Source: the human T2T-CHM13v2.0 reference genome, Homo sapiens. Taken from it: a stretch of DNA of 64,000 nucleotides. The notes below the pieces were generated by a model. The model was given only the letters and a program-made list of their open reading frames with translations. It did no database searches and was not told the DNA's origin. Each line of letters opens with the position of its first letter. Positions within the stretch are counted from its first letter, which is position 1. Positions 47,754 through 62,491 of the stretch are shown in pieces. The stretch lies in NCBI RefSeq assembly GCF_009914755.1, contig NC_060931.1; one strand, written 5' to 3'. The translations under genes and the position numbers were made by a program.

Positions 47754-50529
47754 TAAAATTTTTAAAAATTTACAATTACAATGAACTGATGTTTAGGTGC
47801 TCAACAATTTTGTACAGTTGTCTTATTTAATAAAATCGATAGAAAACTTTTAGTGAAGAATAAAGTATTATACTAATGCATCATAATTTCTATTAATCTG
47901 ACACTTAGAGATTGTGAATCCAATTCACAATCCAAGTGTACATTGCTGACACTTGGAGATTGTGAATCCATCTCTTAGCAGGGGGTAACCATAAAATTCC
48001 CCTCCTAATTTAAAAACTATCATTATAAAAAATCAGCATTCAGTGAGATAGTTCTACAAACATAAACTGCTTCTCAGTATCCTACAGGCCTGATTTTCTT
48101 CATCAGCCTTGTCAGGGTTGTGTTACATCGCTTCATCTGACTACATGAATGGCTAAAGAAAAAATAATTATATGTAATTTGCTGGATTTTGGAGCCATGG
48201 CGCCTTATAAATATTTAAAAGATATCGTATTTAGCAATCTGAACAGAGATGTATACTGATAATGCTTGAGACCTTGGCAACTCAATTAACCTCTGGGCAT
48301 TGGATTTGGAATGGAGGGATTATTATTCATTGGCAATTGTGTAACCACTGTAATTAAAAAGCACTTGCCAACCTTTTAATTATTAATCCTGTGGTTCATC
48401 CTCTTGTATAAAGGCTAACATGCCCATTTTACCAGTTAGTGGATTGGGGAAAATGAAGGGAAAATGATAGATGCAGGCGCGGTCGATGGCAATGTTAAGA
48501 CTTTAGAATGCAGGACTTTTTCCACCTGCCAGTTCGTTATTCATTCTGATTAGAATCATTTATTCTATCTTAATTAATTCTGTATTTTGAGGGTTAAAGT
48601 ACTTAGCGTTTGATATATTGAATTAATTCTTTACTTAAATCTCATGTTGCATTCCAAATACGTTCAATTTTGTAACATAAAAAGAGCTGTAGCATTTGGA
48701 CCTTTCTTAATGACAACAAAAACGAAAAAAGTGTAGTTTTGGCAACTTTTGGATCATAACGTGCTATTTCCTGAATAAATAGTGATAAATCACTTCTTAC
48801 ACTTCCTTGTTAAAAAAAGAAAAAGAAAGAGACTCAAATGTCCATCCTATGACATCTGGGCACAAAAAAACAAAAAACAAACAAAAAAAACGCTAATGAC
48901 ACTCAATGCAAAATATTCAGCCTCCTTCTGAATGAGAACTAATCTTTATGCATACTATTTGAATGTGTACCCTGGGGGAAAGGCATAATGTTACTTGGCT
49001 GTCTATCAAAGATATCACAGACAACTCTCAAAGGTTAGAGCAGATGCTTTTAATCAGATGCTGTTTTCATTTTTTATCTGAGTTTTCTTAAACTAAACTT
49101 GGCTAGGAATTCAAAATTCTGTGAAACATACATATGCACTCATATTTTTGCACTTGTGTGCAGCCAGACACATAAACATCGCCCTGTCTGTATGGTTCTT
49201 TATGGTACAGTGTTATAGCAGCCACTCCAGGGTGTAATGTGGTCATTCTGGTTCCCCCAGTTATTAAAAGTGTTTTGAACAGATTCAGTAATAAACCAGT
49301 GTTATAGTCACTTTTGTGCTTGAGTCAACCTTCATGCATATAGATTTCCACTTAATGGCAATTGTATTGGATTTATATGTTCTTACAGTGACCTCAGATA
49401 CAGAAATAATGAGTGATCTTATTAATTTGGGACCTGTCTAATGTGGGTTTTGAAAAATAATGATTTGATAACTTAAAAACTCCTTTAGATCAGTAATTAT
49501 GTCAAAGTATAGAATGAAGAGTGAACCTGTATTTAAAGAAGTGACAAAAAATTTTTCATATTTAAGTCTTTAAATGTATCTCCCAATAGTAGGCATTTAT
49601 GACTGTACTGAAAAGTTTAATGTTTTCTCAAAGAAGTAAATAGCATAAGAAAATAGTTTTAAAAAGGAGCTTTATTATAGTATTAACTAATTGTTTGTTT
49701 ATAAGCCTTATCTGCTTCAACATAATCATGCTACCAAGAACTTTATTCAATTGAGATGAAGAGTTATCAATAGCTGATAATTATCCAAGATAAGAGGTAT
49801 GTCTTTCATATGACTCTATGCTTTAATTATAACATTAGTCAAATGTCCACATGGTATTTCCACAGTTAACTTGTAAAATGAGAATAGCCTTGATTCAAAA
49901 TAACTAATTAAATACAGAATGTGATTCAATAAAAGTCACTGATGGGTAATTAAGAGAAGAATTAGAAGACTTGAATGAAAATATATAATACTTGTAATCC
50001 TAATTAGTACTATGCTATTTGCTTCCCCTTCCATTACTAGACATTTACCAACCAAGTATTTAACCTTGAAAGAATCAAAGAAGCTTTTCTGAGCTCATAC
50101 TAGTTCCCAAATAGAAGCTAGGCTATTTAAGATTTCTAAAGATTGAAGATAAAATACTTGCTAGCATGTCCTTGAAATGGAATTATGGACAAAAAGTGTT
50201 AGTTGCTATTATATAATGAAAACACAAATATAAGGAGTAAATCCACCTTAAGCAAAATGTCTAAATGCTTAGCTGTATTTATCAAGTGCTTTTCAATATT
50301 TTTTCTTCCTCCTTTTCTGCCCTCTTTGCTATTGATAGAGGTTGTTGTTAAAGGTATAGTTGTTTTCTTCTTCAGTTTTATTTTTAGAATTAAAATGCTC
50401 TAAGTAACCTTTTTTGGTGGCCATTATTTGACATTTTAAAATATGTACCTTTCTATATGTATAATATCATTCAGTGTTTTATTCTTCTCTTTAATAATGT
50501 AGAGCATTAGCATATTTACCAAGACATAA

Positions 50530-52270
50530 AAATTACAAAAGAATAAAATTAGAGATCTATATTTATAATGAATATAGACACAAAAATTAATTAGAAAAGT
50601 AAATCCAATAATTTTTATATAAAGACAATACCTTATGAATAAGTGGTATTTATCCCAGGAAAGTAAGTTTGGTTCAATATTTTAAAAAATCAGTAATGCA
50701 AATCATCATGATTATGGCAACAGATATAAAAAAATCATTTGACTAAATCTGACATTCATAAAATGACAAAGTGTTCTTAACAAAAATGGACTGGAAGGCA
50801 ACTACCTCAAATTCATAATGGGCAACTATAAAAACTTACAGCTGATGGATGCAGCACTTAATGTTAAACAATAGAATATTATTGATTTTTGAATGAGAAA
50901 AAGATATGTTTTTACATTTTATTTAATATTACATTGGAGATTCTAGCCAATGCAGTAAGAAAAGAATAAACAGAAGCATGAAGATTGGAATAGAAGAAGT
51001 AGGCCTGTCTGTGTTCATAGATGACATAATAATTTATTTAGGAAATCCTAATCAATCTTAAAAACAAAACTACTGAAAGTAGTCAGGCTGGGCGCGGTGG
51101 CTCAAGCCTGTAATCTCAGTGCTTTGGGAGGCTGAAGTGGGAAGATCACTTGAGACCAGCCTTGGCAACATAATAAGACCTTTCCTCTACCAAACAAAGC
51201 AAAACAAAACAAAACCTGCAGGGTGGCAGGCTCCTGTGGTCCCAGCTCAAGTGGTCCCAGCTCAAGAGGCTGAGGTAGGAAGCTCATTTGCTCCCAGGAG
51301 TTCAAGGTTGCAGTGAGGTATGATCTTACCACCACACTCCAGTCTGAGTGACAGAGTCTATCTAAAAAAAAAAAAAAAAAAAAAAAAAGTATAAATTTAA
51401 CAAGGCAACAGGTTATAAGATTAATACAAAAAATTCTATATGCTAGCATCAAATATTCGGAAAATGTAATTTGTAAAAGGAATACCATTTAAAATAGGAC
51501 CAAAGACTTGAAATACTAACAGTTAATTATAATAAAAATTATACTGACATTCTTTACTGTAATTAAAAATACTCTGTAAGAAACTAAATAATAGCTAACA
51601 CAATGGAGAGATACATAAGGCTTATTAATTGTAAAATATGTTAACTTGTTCACTATCTTCAAATTGAGTAGGTTTTTAAATTTACAAGGTGATTCAAAGT
51701 TTACTTGTACTGCAAAAGGCCTAAAATAATCCAAACTGGGTTTGAAAAAAATTGGAGGAAATACAAGAATTTCAAAAATTACTATAAACTTATAATAAAG
51801 ATAGTCTTGTATAGCTGTAAATATAAATATATAGATGAAGAGTCCAAAATTGAGTCCACAAATAGACTCACATATATATGGAGAATTAAATTTTAATAAA
51901 GCCACCAATATGATTAAATGCAGAAGAGAATAGTCTTTTCAACAAATGGTGTTAGAAAATGATATCCATATGGAGAAAATGAACACTGCTGCTTCACATT
52001 CTACACAAAAATGGATCATGTACCTAAATGTAGGCACCACTAGTTTTAAACCTCTAGAAGAATATAAAGGAGAAAATATTCAGCCTTGGGATAATCAGCC
52101 ATTTATTAGGACAAAAAAGTATTAGCCATAAAAATGATAAAAGCATAACACAGAGAAATCAAAATCTTCTATTCTTCAAATGACACACTAAGAAAATGAA
52201 AATCAAACCACATGCTGGGAAAATTCATTCACAATACACAAATACAGTAAAAGCCTTGTATACAGAAACA
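50530..52270 (+). mobile_element. Old L1M ORF2 fragment, split by an AluJ
   Basis: TTTATCCCAGGAA...GGTTCAATAT, TCTAGCCAATGCAGTAAG and AGTCTTTTCAACAAATGGTG. Confidence 0.8.
51086..51388 (+). mobile_element. AluJ with 15-bp internal duplication
   Basis: GTGGTCCCAGCTCAA repeated twice at 51236-51265; A25 tail. Confidence 0.88.
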
Positions 52271-53389
52271 CAATGACCCGTTTTCCTTGAAAAGGAATCC
52301 TTGTACTAGTCATACTATTGTCTTTGCTTCTGCTTCTCAGAAGATCTAAATGAATACATTCTTCTTCTATTTCTTATCACATATATTATTCTCAGAAGAT
52401 CCACCCATTTCTGTTATTATTCAGAGGTGCCATCCAAACATAATAACAAAATGTTTTACCTACTGAATTCAGTGCTATTTGCTGTATCATTCCAATGTTC
52501 CCCCCGACAGTTTCTCATCTGCCTGTTTTACTTTTTGAAACATTGGGATCCAGGCTTCAGGTTGATGTATCTAAAGTACATATACACATGCACGGAAAGT
52601 CCAAGATAAAAGAAATATTATCAATAGGAAATGAAAATTCCAAACCTTTAATATTAGGTAATTCCATATAAGCCTTTATAATAAAATATTTATCTCATTG
52701 TTTTCCAAAATAATTTTTATTTACATTATTTTTTACATTTCAGTACATGGTAAAGTTTAGAAGATTTGATATTTGAGAAAGGGTAAACAGTCTTTAGCTC
52801 CTGCATATTAATAATTTATTTAACCACTGACACTAAATATGATGTGCCAAATAAGAAAACAATTAGCAATAATATTAACATTCCCACTGTTTTCTCATGG
52901 TTAAAAATAAAAAGTTGTGCTTTATTTCTAATTTGTGATGGAAAGGTATGTCCATGACTTCACATATGATTGTACCTGCATAACACATTTGGCTGGCACG
53001 GCAAGTGGGAGCTGAAATCCTTTTTTTCACCATGTTTCACTATGTCAAATTTAACTTTTGACAATTTAATTGGAAGAAATCCATGTACTTTCTTAAATAT
53101 GTCTTGAATATTCAGGGAACATTATTTGTAATAGAGCAGAGTTGGAAACATTTGTCTATCAGTACAATATTTCTGCAATCAATTACAGTATACTCACATG
53201 ATGGAAAACAATGTACCTGATAAAAGTAAACAAGATAGATGTATAATATACCACGGTAGAAACATAACTTCGATAGGGTCTTTCTTCTAAAACATTGTAA
53301 TATCATATATATTACATATCATTTTATAAACATAGATTATTTTTATATGTAGATGCATATAACAACCTAGAAGGATATATGGAAATCTC

Positions 53390-56300
53390 TTTTTTAATCT
53401 TTTACTTTAGGTTTGGTGGGTACATGTGGAGGCTTGTTACATAGGTAAACACGTGTCACAGGGGTTTGCTGTAAATATTTGAGTTCATCACCCAGGTATT
53501 AAACCCAGTGCCCAATAGTTATCTTTTCTATTCTTCTCCCTCTTCCAAACTTCTGTCCTCGAGAAGAACCCAGTGTCTGTTGTTTCCTTCCTTGTGTTCA
53601 TAAGTTCTTATCATTAGGCTCCCATTTCTAAGTAGGAACATGTGGTATTTGGTTTTCTGTTCTTGTGTTAGTTTGCTAAGGATGATGACCTCCACCTAGT
53701 CCATGTTCCTGCAAAAGACATGATCTTGTTCTTTTTCAATGGCTGCATTATATTTCATGGTGTATATTTAGCACATTTTCTTTATCCAATTTGTCATTGA
53801 TGGGAATTTAGGTTGATTTCATATCTTTGCTATCATGAATAGTGCTACAATGAACATCACGTGCATGTGTCTTTATGGTAGAATGATTTATATACCTCTG
53901 GGTATATACCTGGTAATGGGATTGCTGGGTCGAATGGCAGTTCTGTTTTTTAGCTCTTTGAGGAATCATCATGCTGCTTTCCACAATGGTTGAACTAGTT
54001 TACACCCACCAACAGTGTATAAGTGTTTCCTTTTCTTCACAACCTCATCAGCATCTGTTATTTTATTTACTTTTTCATTGTAGCCATTCTGACTGGCGTG
54101 AGGTGGTATCTCATTGTGGTTTTGATTTGCAGTTCTCTAATGATCAGTGATAGTGACGTTTTTTTTTTTCATATGCTCGTTGGCTGCATGAATGTCTTCA
54201 TTTGAGGAGTGTCTGTTCATGTCCTTTGCCCACTTTTTAATGGAGTCGTTTGTTTTTCTCTCATAAATTTTAAGTTTCTTATAGATACTGGGTATTAGAC
54301 CTTCATCAGATGCATAGTTTGCAAATATTTTCTCCCATTCTGTAGGTTGTCTGTTTACTCTGTTGATAGTTTCTTTTGCTGCAGAAACGCTCTTAAGTTT
54401 AATTAGATCCCACTTGTCAATTTTTTCTTTTCTTGCAATTGCTTTTAGTGTCTTTGTTGTGAAATATATGCCCATTCCTATATCCAAGATGGCATTGCCT
54501 AGGTTGTTGTTTAGGTGTTTATAGTTTTGGATTTTACATTTAAGTCTTTAATCCATCTTGAGTTGATTTTTGTGTATGGTGTAAGGAAGGGGTCCAGCTT
54601 CAATCTTTTCCATATGGCTAGCCAGTTATCCCAGCACCATTTATTGAAGAGGGAGCCTTCCTCATTGCTTGTTTTGTCATCTTTGTGAAAGATCAGATGG
54701 TCGTAGATGTGTGGGCTTACTTCTGATATCTCTATTCTGTTCCATTGGTCTATGTGCCTGTTTGTGTACCATTACCATGCTGTTTTCATTCCTTTAGCCT
54801 TGTAGTATAGTTTAAAGTTGGGCAACGTGAGGCCTCCAGCCTTATTCTTTTTGTTTAGGATTGCCTTGGCTATGCGGGCTCATTTTGGTTCCGTATGAAT
54901 TTTAAAATACTTTTTTCTGGTTCTGTGAATAATAATCTTGGTAATTTGACAGCATAGCATTGAATTTGTAAATTGCTTTGGGCTGTATAGCCATATTAAT
55001 GATATTGATTCTTCCTATCCATGAGCATGGGAGGTTTTTTAATTTGTTTGTGTCTTCTCTGATTTCCTTGAGCAGTGTTTTGTAATTCTCATTGTAGAGA
55101 TCTTTCACCATCCTGGTTAGCTGTATTCCTCAGTATTTTCTTCTTTTTGTGGCAATTGTGAGTGGGATTGCCCTTCTGATTTGCCTGTCTGCTTAGCTGT
55201 TGTTGGTACCCAGAAATGCTAATAATTTTTGTGCATTGATTATGTATCTTACAACTTTGCTGAAGTTGTTTATCTGCTGGAAGTGCTTTTGGTCTGAGAC
55301 TATGTGCTTTTCTAGATATAGAATCATGTCACCTGCAAACAGAGATAGTTTGACTTCTTGTCTTCCTATTTGGATGTGCTTTATTTCTTTCTCTTGCCTG
55401 ATTGCTCTGGCTAGGACTTCCAATCCTATGTGGAATACAAATATTGAGAGAGGGCATCCTTGTCTTGTGTCAGTTTTCAAGGGGAATGCTTCCAGCTTTT
55501 GCCCATTCAGTATAATGTTGGCTGTGGTTTTGTCATAGATAGCTCTTATTATTTTGAGGTATGTTCCTTCAATACCTAGTTTATTGAGAGTTTTTAACAT
55601 GAAGTGGTGTTAAATTTTATTGAAAGCCTTTTATGCAATAATTTAGATAATCATGTGTTTTGTTTTTTGTCTTTAATTTTGTTTATGTGATGAATCACAT
55701 GTATTGACTTATCTATGTTGAAATAACCTTGCATCCCGGGCATGAAACCTACTTGATCATGGTAGATTCGCTTTTTGATGTGCTGCTGGTCTCAGTTTTG
55801 TATTAGTCAGGATTCTCTAGAGGGACAGAACTGAATAGGATGTATGTATATTTGAAAGGGAGTTTATTAAGGATAATTGACTCACATGATCACAAGGTGA
55901 AGTCCCATGATAGGCCATCTGCAAGTAGAGGAGCAAGGAAGCCAGTAGTGGCTCAGTCCAAGTCCCAAAAACTCAGAAGTAGGGAAGCCAACAGTGCAGT
56001 CTTCAGTCTGTGGCCAAAGGTCCAAGAGCCCCTTGCAAACCACTGGTATAAGTCCAAGAGTCCCAAAACCAAAGAACTTGGGGTCTGATGTTCAAGGGTA
56101 GGAAGCATCCGTCATGGGAGAAAGATGAAGGCCAGAAGACTCAGCAAGTCAGCTTCTTCCACCGTCTTCTGCCTGCTTTTTCTAGTTGCACTGTCAGCCA
56201 ATTGGATGGTTCCCACCCACAATGTGGGTACGTCTTCCTCTCCCAGTCCACTGACTCGAATATTAATCTCTTCTGGTAACACTCAGAAACACCCAGAAAC

Positions 56301-56870
56301 AATACTTCGCATCCTTCAATGATCAAGTTGACACTTCATGTTAAGTTTATCACAAATTTGCAAGTATTTTTGCTGAGGATTTTTGCATCATAGTTCATCA
56401 ATGATATTGGCCTGAAGTTTTCTTTTTTGTGTGTGTTTCTGCCAGGTTTTGGTATCAAGATGCTGGCCTCATAGAATGAGTTGGGGAGGAGTTCTCCCTC
56501 CTCAATATTTTGGAATAGTTTCTGTGGAATGGTACCAGCTCTTCTTTGTACACCTGGTGGAATTCGGCTGTGAATCTACCAGGTCCTGGGCTTTTTTTTT
56601 TTGGTTGGCAGGCTATTTATTACTGATTCAATTTTGGAGCTCATTATTGGTCTGTTTGGGGAATCATTATTCCTGGCTCAGTCTTGGGAGGCTGTATGTG
56701 TTCAGCAATGTATCCATCTCTTCTAGGTTTTCTAGTTTGTGTTCACGGAAGTGATCCCAGTAGTTTCTGATGGTTGTTTTTATTTCTGTGAGATCAGTAG
56801 TAACATTCCCTTTGTCATTTCTCATCATATTTATTTGGTTGTTCTCTCTTTCCATTAGTCTAGCTAGTAG
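53390..56870 (-). mobile_element. Older L1PA (13-16-like), 3' about 2.9 kb, split by an LTR
   Basis: ORF 55193..55600(-) has RT motifs TRQGCPLS and LFAGDM (FADD degenerate); other ORF2 fragments at 54137, 54902 and 56667. Confidence 0.93.
55799..56354 (-). mobile_element. MLT2A-like (HERV-L) solo LTR
   Basis: TGTATTAGTCAGGATTCTCTAGAGGGACAGAAC...AAGTTGACAC...ATCACA; TSD AGTTT / AATTT. Confidence 0.9.
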
Positions 56871-57574
56871 CAAACATTATGAAAATGAATTTAGACAAGA
56901 TACTAACTTTCAATGTGAATACTTTTATATATTCAAAGTTTTAAACAAATATGAGTTTACTTATAATCAAATATATGTTTTGTAAATTGCTGTGTGGAAA
57001 TCAGAGGCTGCTCATTTCTCATTCAAACTAACTTAAAGATACTATGTTAAATGTTCTACAATCATAACTTTAAAGTTGTTTTCTCTAAGAGTTTGAAAAA
57101 GAACCAGTATTTTTGAGGTTGTGTCAATAGAGTCATGATTAATAACAAGCATAATAAAAATTTTTATTAAAAATAAGCAATTAAATATTCTTCTTTTACT
57201 ATATTAATGCTCCTGAGAATTATAACTTTCTAAACAATTTAAATGAAACATGAGCTTTTAAGCTTATAGTAGGTGCTCAAATGTTTAGGAAAAATGAATG
57301 CCAAAAATAGCTATATTGTTTATTCAGTGGAAGGAAAAAAGACTAAACATAATTTTTACACATTGTCTGTTTATACATTACTTTGCTAAAAACTTACAAA
57401 TAGATGGACTCATTTATTTTAGAGATCTGTGTGTGAAATGTATTGAAATGGATTATAACATTTCCCAATGGGACACATCTACCAGCAAAGCATTTCAGGA
57501 GTGATTTTATGTATATGTGACGAATTAGACAACTTATGCTTGAAAATATCAGAAATATTAAACAGGCACATCTA

Positions 57575-57947
<373 letters not shown>

Positions 57948-60710
57948 ATGATATAGCTACATGAGCTCAGTCATCAATGATAGGCTAGAAAGAGTAAATT
58001 ACAAATAACAAAAATTACTATATTTAACAATTATTGTAAACTTTGACATCCATCTTCTTATAATATTTGCAATAAAATATATTTTCAATGAGATAGTGAC
58101 ATGGATGTATTTTTGGTTATAAATCATATGATTTATTATTTCAAAAAAACTATCCTTAATCATTAACAGTAATGTCTTTACATTGAGAAACTATGCAAAT
58201 CTCAGAATATTTGTCTCCTAACATGTTTTATGAGCATAACAAATTCAAAAAACACAGAACTATAACTCTTTTGTTTTACAACTTGATACATCACATATTG
58301 CTATTCTCCAAAGATTTCCTTCCTAATTATGTTTTCTTCTACATAATATTAAAGTTCATTGACATTCTCATAATACACAACAGGATGTCTGCATGAAAAT
58401 TGCCTGCAAGCAATGTTGGCTGATGGGAGAATGCTAGCTTATATTAAAAGGTAACTATTATGGTTTTATCAATAGAAAGAAAAAGAGTTAATTACATTGG
58501 TACTTATCTCTTTCCCTTTTGGGCCAGTTAAATTATTGAATTTTTTTTTTTTTTTTTTTTTTTGGTAAATTGAATTCTTCATGGGAAGGTACGTCATCCA
58601 CCTGTATGAAAACAGATATCACAAGAAAAAAGTATATATAGACCACCCCCCAAAAAACAAACTTAATAAAACTATGTATTTCAAATAGAATTATTTTTTT
58701 CTGGTTGAAAAAGAAAGTTGGAAACAAAATCTGTGACAAAACCCAGGCTTTGCCTGTACTTTAACGTAAACCAATGCTGCACTTTATGCTTACTATTTTG
58801 TTGTCTTGTAAGGAGAATTTCTAGAGGGTGGTTGGGTTCCATGCAACTTAATTGTAAGTGTCAGCTGAAAGACCTACAAAGACATTGTCAGTTATTGAGT
58901 TTCTTATCAAGCCAATAATGTGGTACGGCTGTTGTACTAATAATGAAGTTTTAATTAGTTCTCAAAAATACTGAGAGCTTATTTAAGGCCTCCAAATTGG
59001 ATAGTGCATGCTTAGCTTGAAGGCATCAATGCATCCCAAACATATCAAAATAACTGTCAAACACATTGTATACACATTAGGAGATAATAGCTAGAAGGCT
59101 TAACATCTATCTTAGAAATACTGTATGCACAAATTGTTCAAGGAAGTTCTTTCTACACTTAAATGATTGTCTTCAGAATATTGTATTTTATAATTTAAGC
59201 AAATTGTCATGCAAATGGTTCAGTGTTATCTGTTTATCTGAGGGTCAGTATAGTTGAGAAAATTCATTTTAGCCAATGTTTATCGTTATTCCAAATGGGA
59301 GCATTCTCTATTCATAACTATCCCAACATAGCACCTGCATTTTTACTTATAAATACTTATTGCTTGTTTCCAATATTTTACTGCATGAGAAATTGTGCCA
59401 GATCCCTCTTCCCTAATCCATGGGTAGTTCAAAGATACTAACATTTAAGAAACAGTTGATTTAAACTTCTACCATTGGAGAATTGTTGATGTCTTTTCAA
59501 TGCATTGGGTGGATTTAGACCACTGCATTCTTATATGCCTGTCTATTAATGCTATACAAGATGTCTGGTTTAAACTAACATTACTGGAAGTAACCCTTTC
59601 TACCCCATCCCATCTCCACCCACACGTCTACAAAAAGAATTTTATGCAAGACACAGATTTTGAAGCACATAGAGGAGGAGCTAACATGAGTTGCTGCTAG
59701 AAAAATAATAGCTGTGTTATTTGTACTGACAGTTTGTATTTCTTCTCAAATCATTTATTTTCACAAAATTGGTCTGGCTCTTATTTTTTCAAAGGACGTA
59801 AGCTACTTCATTGTTGTTGTTATGGATTTCTGATATAATGACATTAATTACTTGCTGTGTGCCAGGGACTTTTTTAGGCTTAGAGGGTGAAAGTGTAGAA
59901 CTGGAAGTGCATGCGATTCAGAGGCTGCACAGTGACCCTCTGTGGGTAAGAAGTGGGCTCCTAGAGTATTTGAATTATGAATGCAAGTGGGTCAAGGGAA
60001 TGAGGAATGGGGTGTATGAGAAGAATAATAAGCATGGAGAATAGGACATATGGCTTGTTTCGGGGAACTACAAGATGTTTCCTATTTCTGTATCACAATT
60101 ACATGAGGATAAAGGGAGAGGCCCAAGGATATAATGATTACAATTTGAGGGGGAAGTGTTTACTACATTCAGAGAGCCTGGGTCATATTCTGTTAGTACA
60201 TCATGTTTTTCGTCAAATTTTGAGTGACTATTATGTGGAGGTGGAGAATCTTCTTTTGATATTGATTTAAAAATATTATTTACAAAGATATTATATATTT
60301 TCTTCCAAGAAAATATAGCTTATATTATACCTACAAGAGTTCATGATTTGTAGGGGGCACCAAATTAAGTCGGAAATGCTAAAATGTCACACATTTCAGG
60401 AGAAATAAATCAGAAAGAGGTGGGTTTATTGGTGAAGGATCAATTTGATGCATCAAAAAGAGGGTTACTCTTAAATTCTCGGGAGAAGTGAACTCAGGAA
60501 GAAGGAAATATCAAGTCTGACGTTAAAATCTGATGCCAGGAAATAGGAACTTGTATATAAAAGATCCTGAATATAGCTGATGTTTAGGAAAAGTTTATTA
60601 AAGTGAATTCACCTAGGATAGAAAACAATATGGTATAATTAGTAGTTAAAATGAGGATCTATTAGAACTTTGTCTAGATAAACAAAAGAAATTAATTCAT
60701 GTTTATTTTT

Positions 60711-61045
<335 letters not shown>

Positions 61046-61701
61046 TAATTGTGTGACTGTGTAACAAAATTGTAATTGCAGCTATACTTCAGTTCTTCAC
61101 TTAAATTGTTTGTCAAGTTTTGACATGATTCTTTCAATAAAATTGTATGATAACACGACTTCTCATTCTGCTTCTGTGGCATTATCACCTGAAAGTCATT
61201 TCTGCAAAGAATTATTTCAGAGTCTTATCAGTTTCCCAATTAGCGCTTTTGTTTATTTTATATTCAAACCATTTTATTTTTAAAAGCCTATTGTGCAATC
61301 ATTCTTGCCAATTTCTCTTGATCAGAATAGGTCTAACTGCTTTGCACATGTTTTGAACTGTTCTACATCAACGTCAGTAACTTTGGAAAGACCTCCTTCT
61401 TTTGTAAAATTTGCAATTTCATTATTCAATTTACATTTATTTGCATTATAAGTAGCGAATAACTAAGAATATATTGACATGAAAGACAGACATAGGCTGA
61501 AAGGCAAAGACAGGCTCTAGTGTAAAAAGGCAGAAAAGGATGATTTAATGGCATCTGAGATTATAAGTGGCATTTTGTTATACATATTTTCATGAGAAGC
61601 TGAATTTGGTTCTCTACACAAACTTATAACTGAAGGGATTCAGATAAATAATTCTCCTATATGGAGGGCCTCTGGAATAAACAAGATTATATCTTAGGAT
61701 C

Positions 61702-62491
61702 TGACTAAAATGGCCTCAATGTTCCCCACAGCTTGATTAAACTTTACACAAGCTGCTGCTTAAATCTAGGCCCTGACCTCCCTTTTCTTAGAGCATTCCC
61801 TTTAGAAAACTAGTAATTGTAAATCCTTTCTCTGACTCTTTGAGATGTAAATCTTTTTTGAAAGTGCTTTGCCAGTTTTAAAACACGAAACTGTCTTTCT
61901 CAAAAGACCTGGAAGCCAGCTCTTCGAAATGTAAACATCAATGAAGACAGAGCCCCTGTCTTCCAGCTTCTGTGGGATAGCAGGAGCCTACATTTGAAGG
62001 ATGCTTTGCTCCAAGGTGTAAAACTACCTCCTAAGAGGCAGTTTGCTTTTGGCGGGGGGGCAAAGCCAGTTAGGAAATACTGGTGGCCTAAAACCCAGGT
62101 CCTTTATGACCTAATTCTAGCTTTATAAAAATTTTTCAGCTTGGCCAGGTGTGGTGGCTCATGCCTATGATCCCAGCACTTTGGGAGGTTACAGCAGAAG
62201 GGTCACTTGAGGCCAGTAGTTCAAGACCAGCCTAGACAACATAGGGAGACCTTATCTTAAACACACACACACACATACACACACGCACACACACACACAC
62301 ACACATACACAGCAAAAAAAAAAAAACAAAAAACAAAAAACAAAAAAACGAGAAGAAGAACAAAAACATCTTTTTGGGGGCAGGAGTTGCAGTACAGCTC
62401 ACTTTGACTTTTGGCTTCCCTCCTCTCTTACATTAAACTCCTGGCCTGTTTAACTTTGTTTGGCAGATTGTTTTGGTTTTTTGCTTTGACA
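61702..62491 (+). mobile_element. ERV1 solo LTR (MER67/MER31-like), split by an Alu monomer
   Basis: TGA...ACA termini with perfect 4-bp TSD GATC (61698-61701, 62492-62495); CTGACCTCCCTTTTCTTAGAGCATT...TTTGAGATGTAAATC motif. Confidence 0.8.
62143..62366 (+). mobile_element. FLAM-C/AluJ left monomer with (CA)n and A-rich tail
   Basis: Single monomer to about 62258, then CA repeat and (A5C)n. Confidence 0.85.

Noticed and set aside
55193-55600. Reverse transcriptase ORF
   Set aside because: Decayed L1 with catalytic FADD changed to FAGD, and interrupted by an LTR
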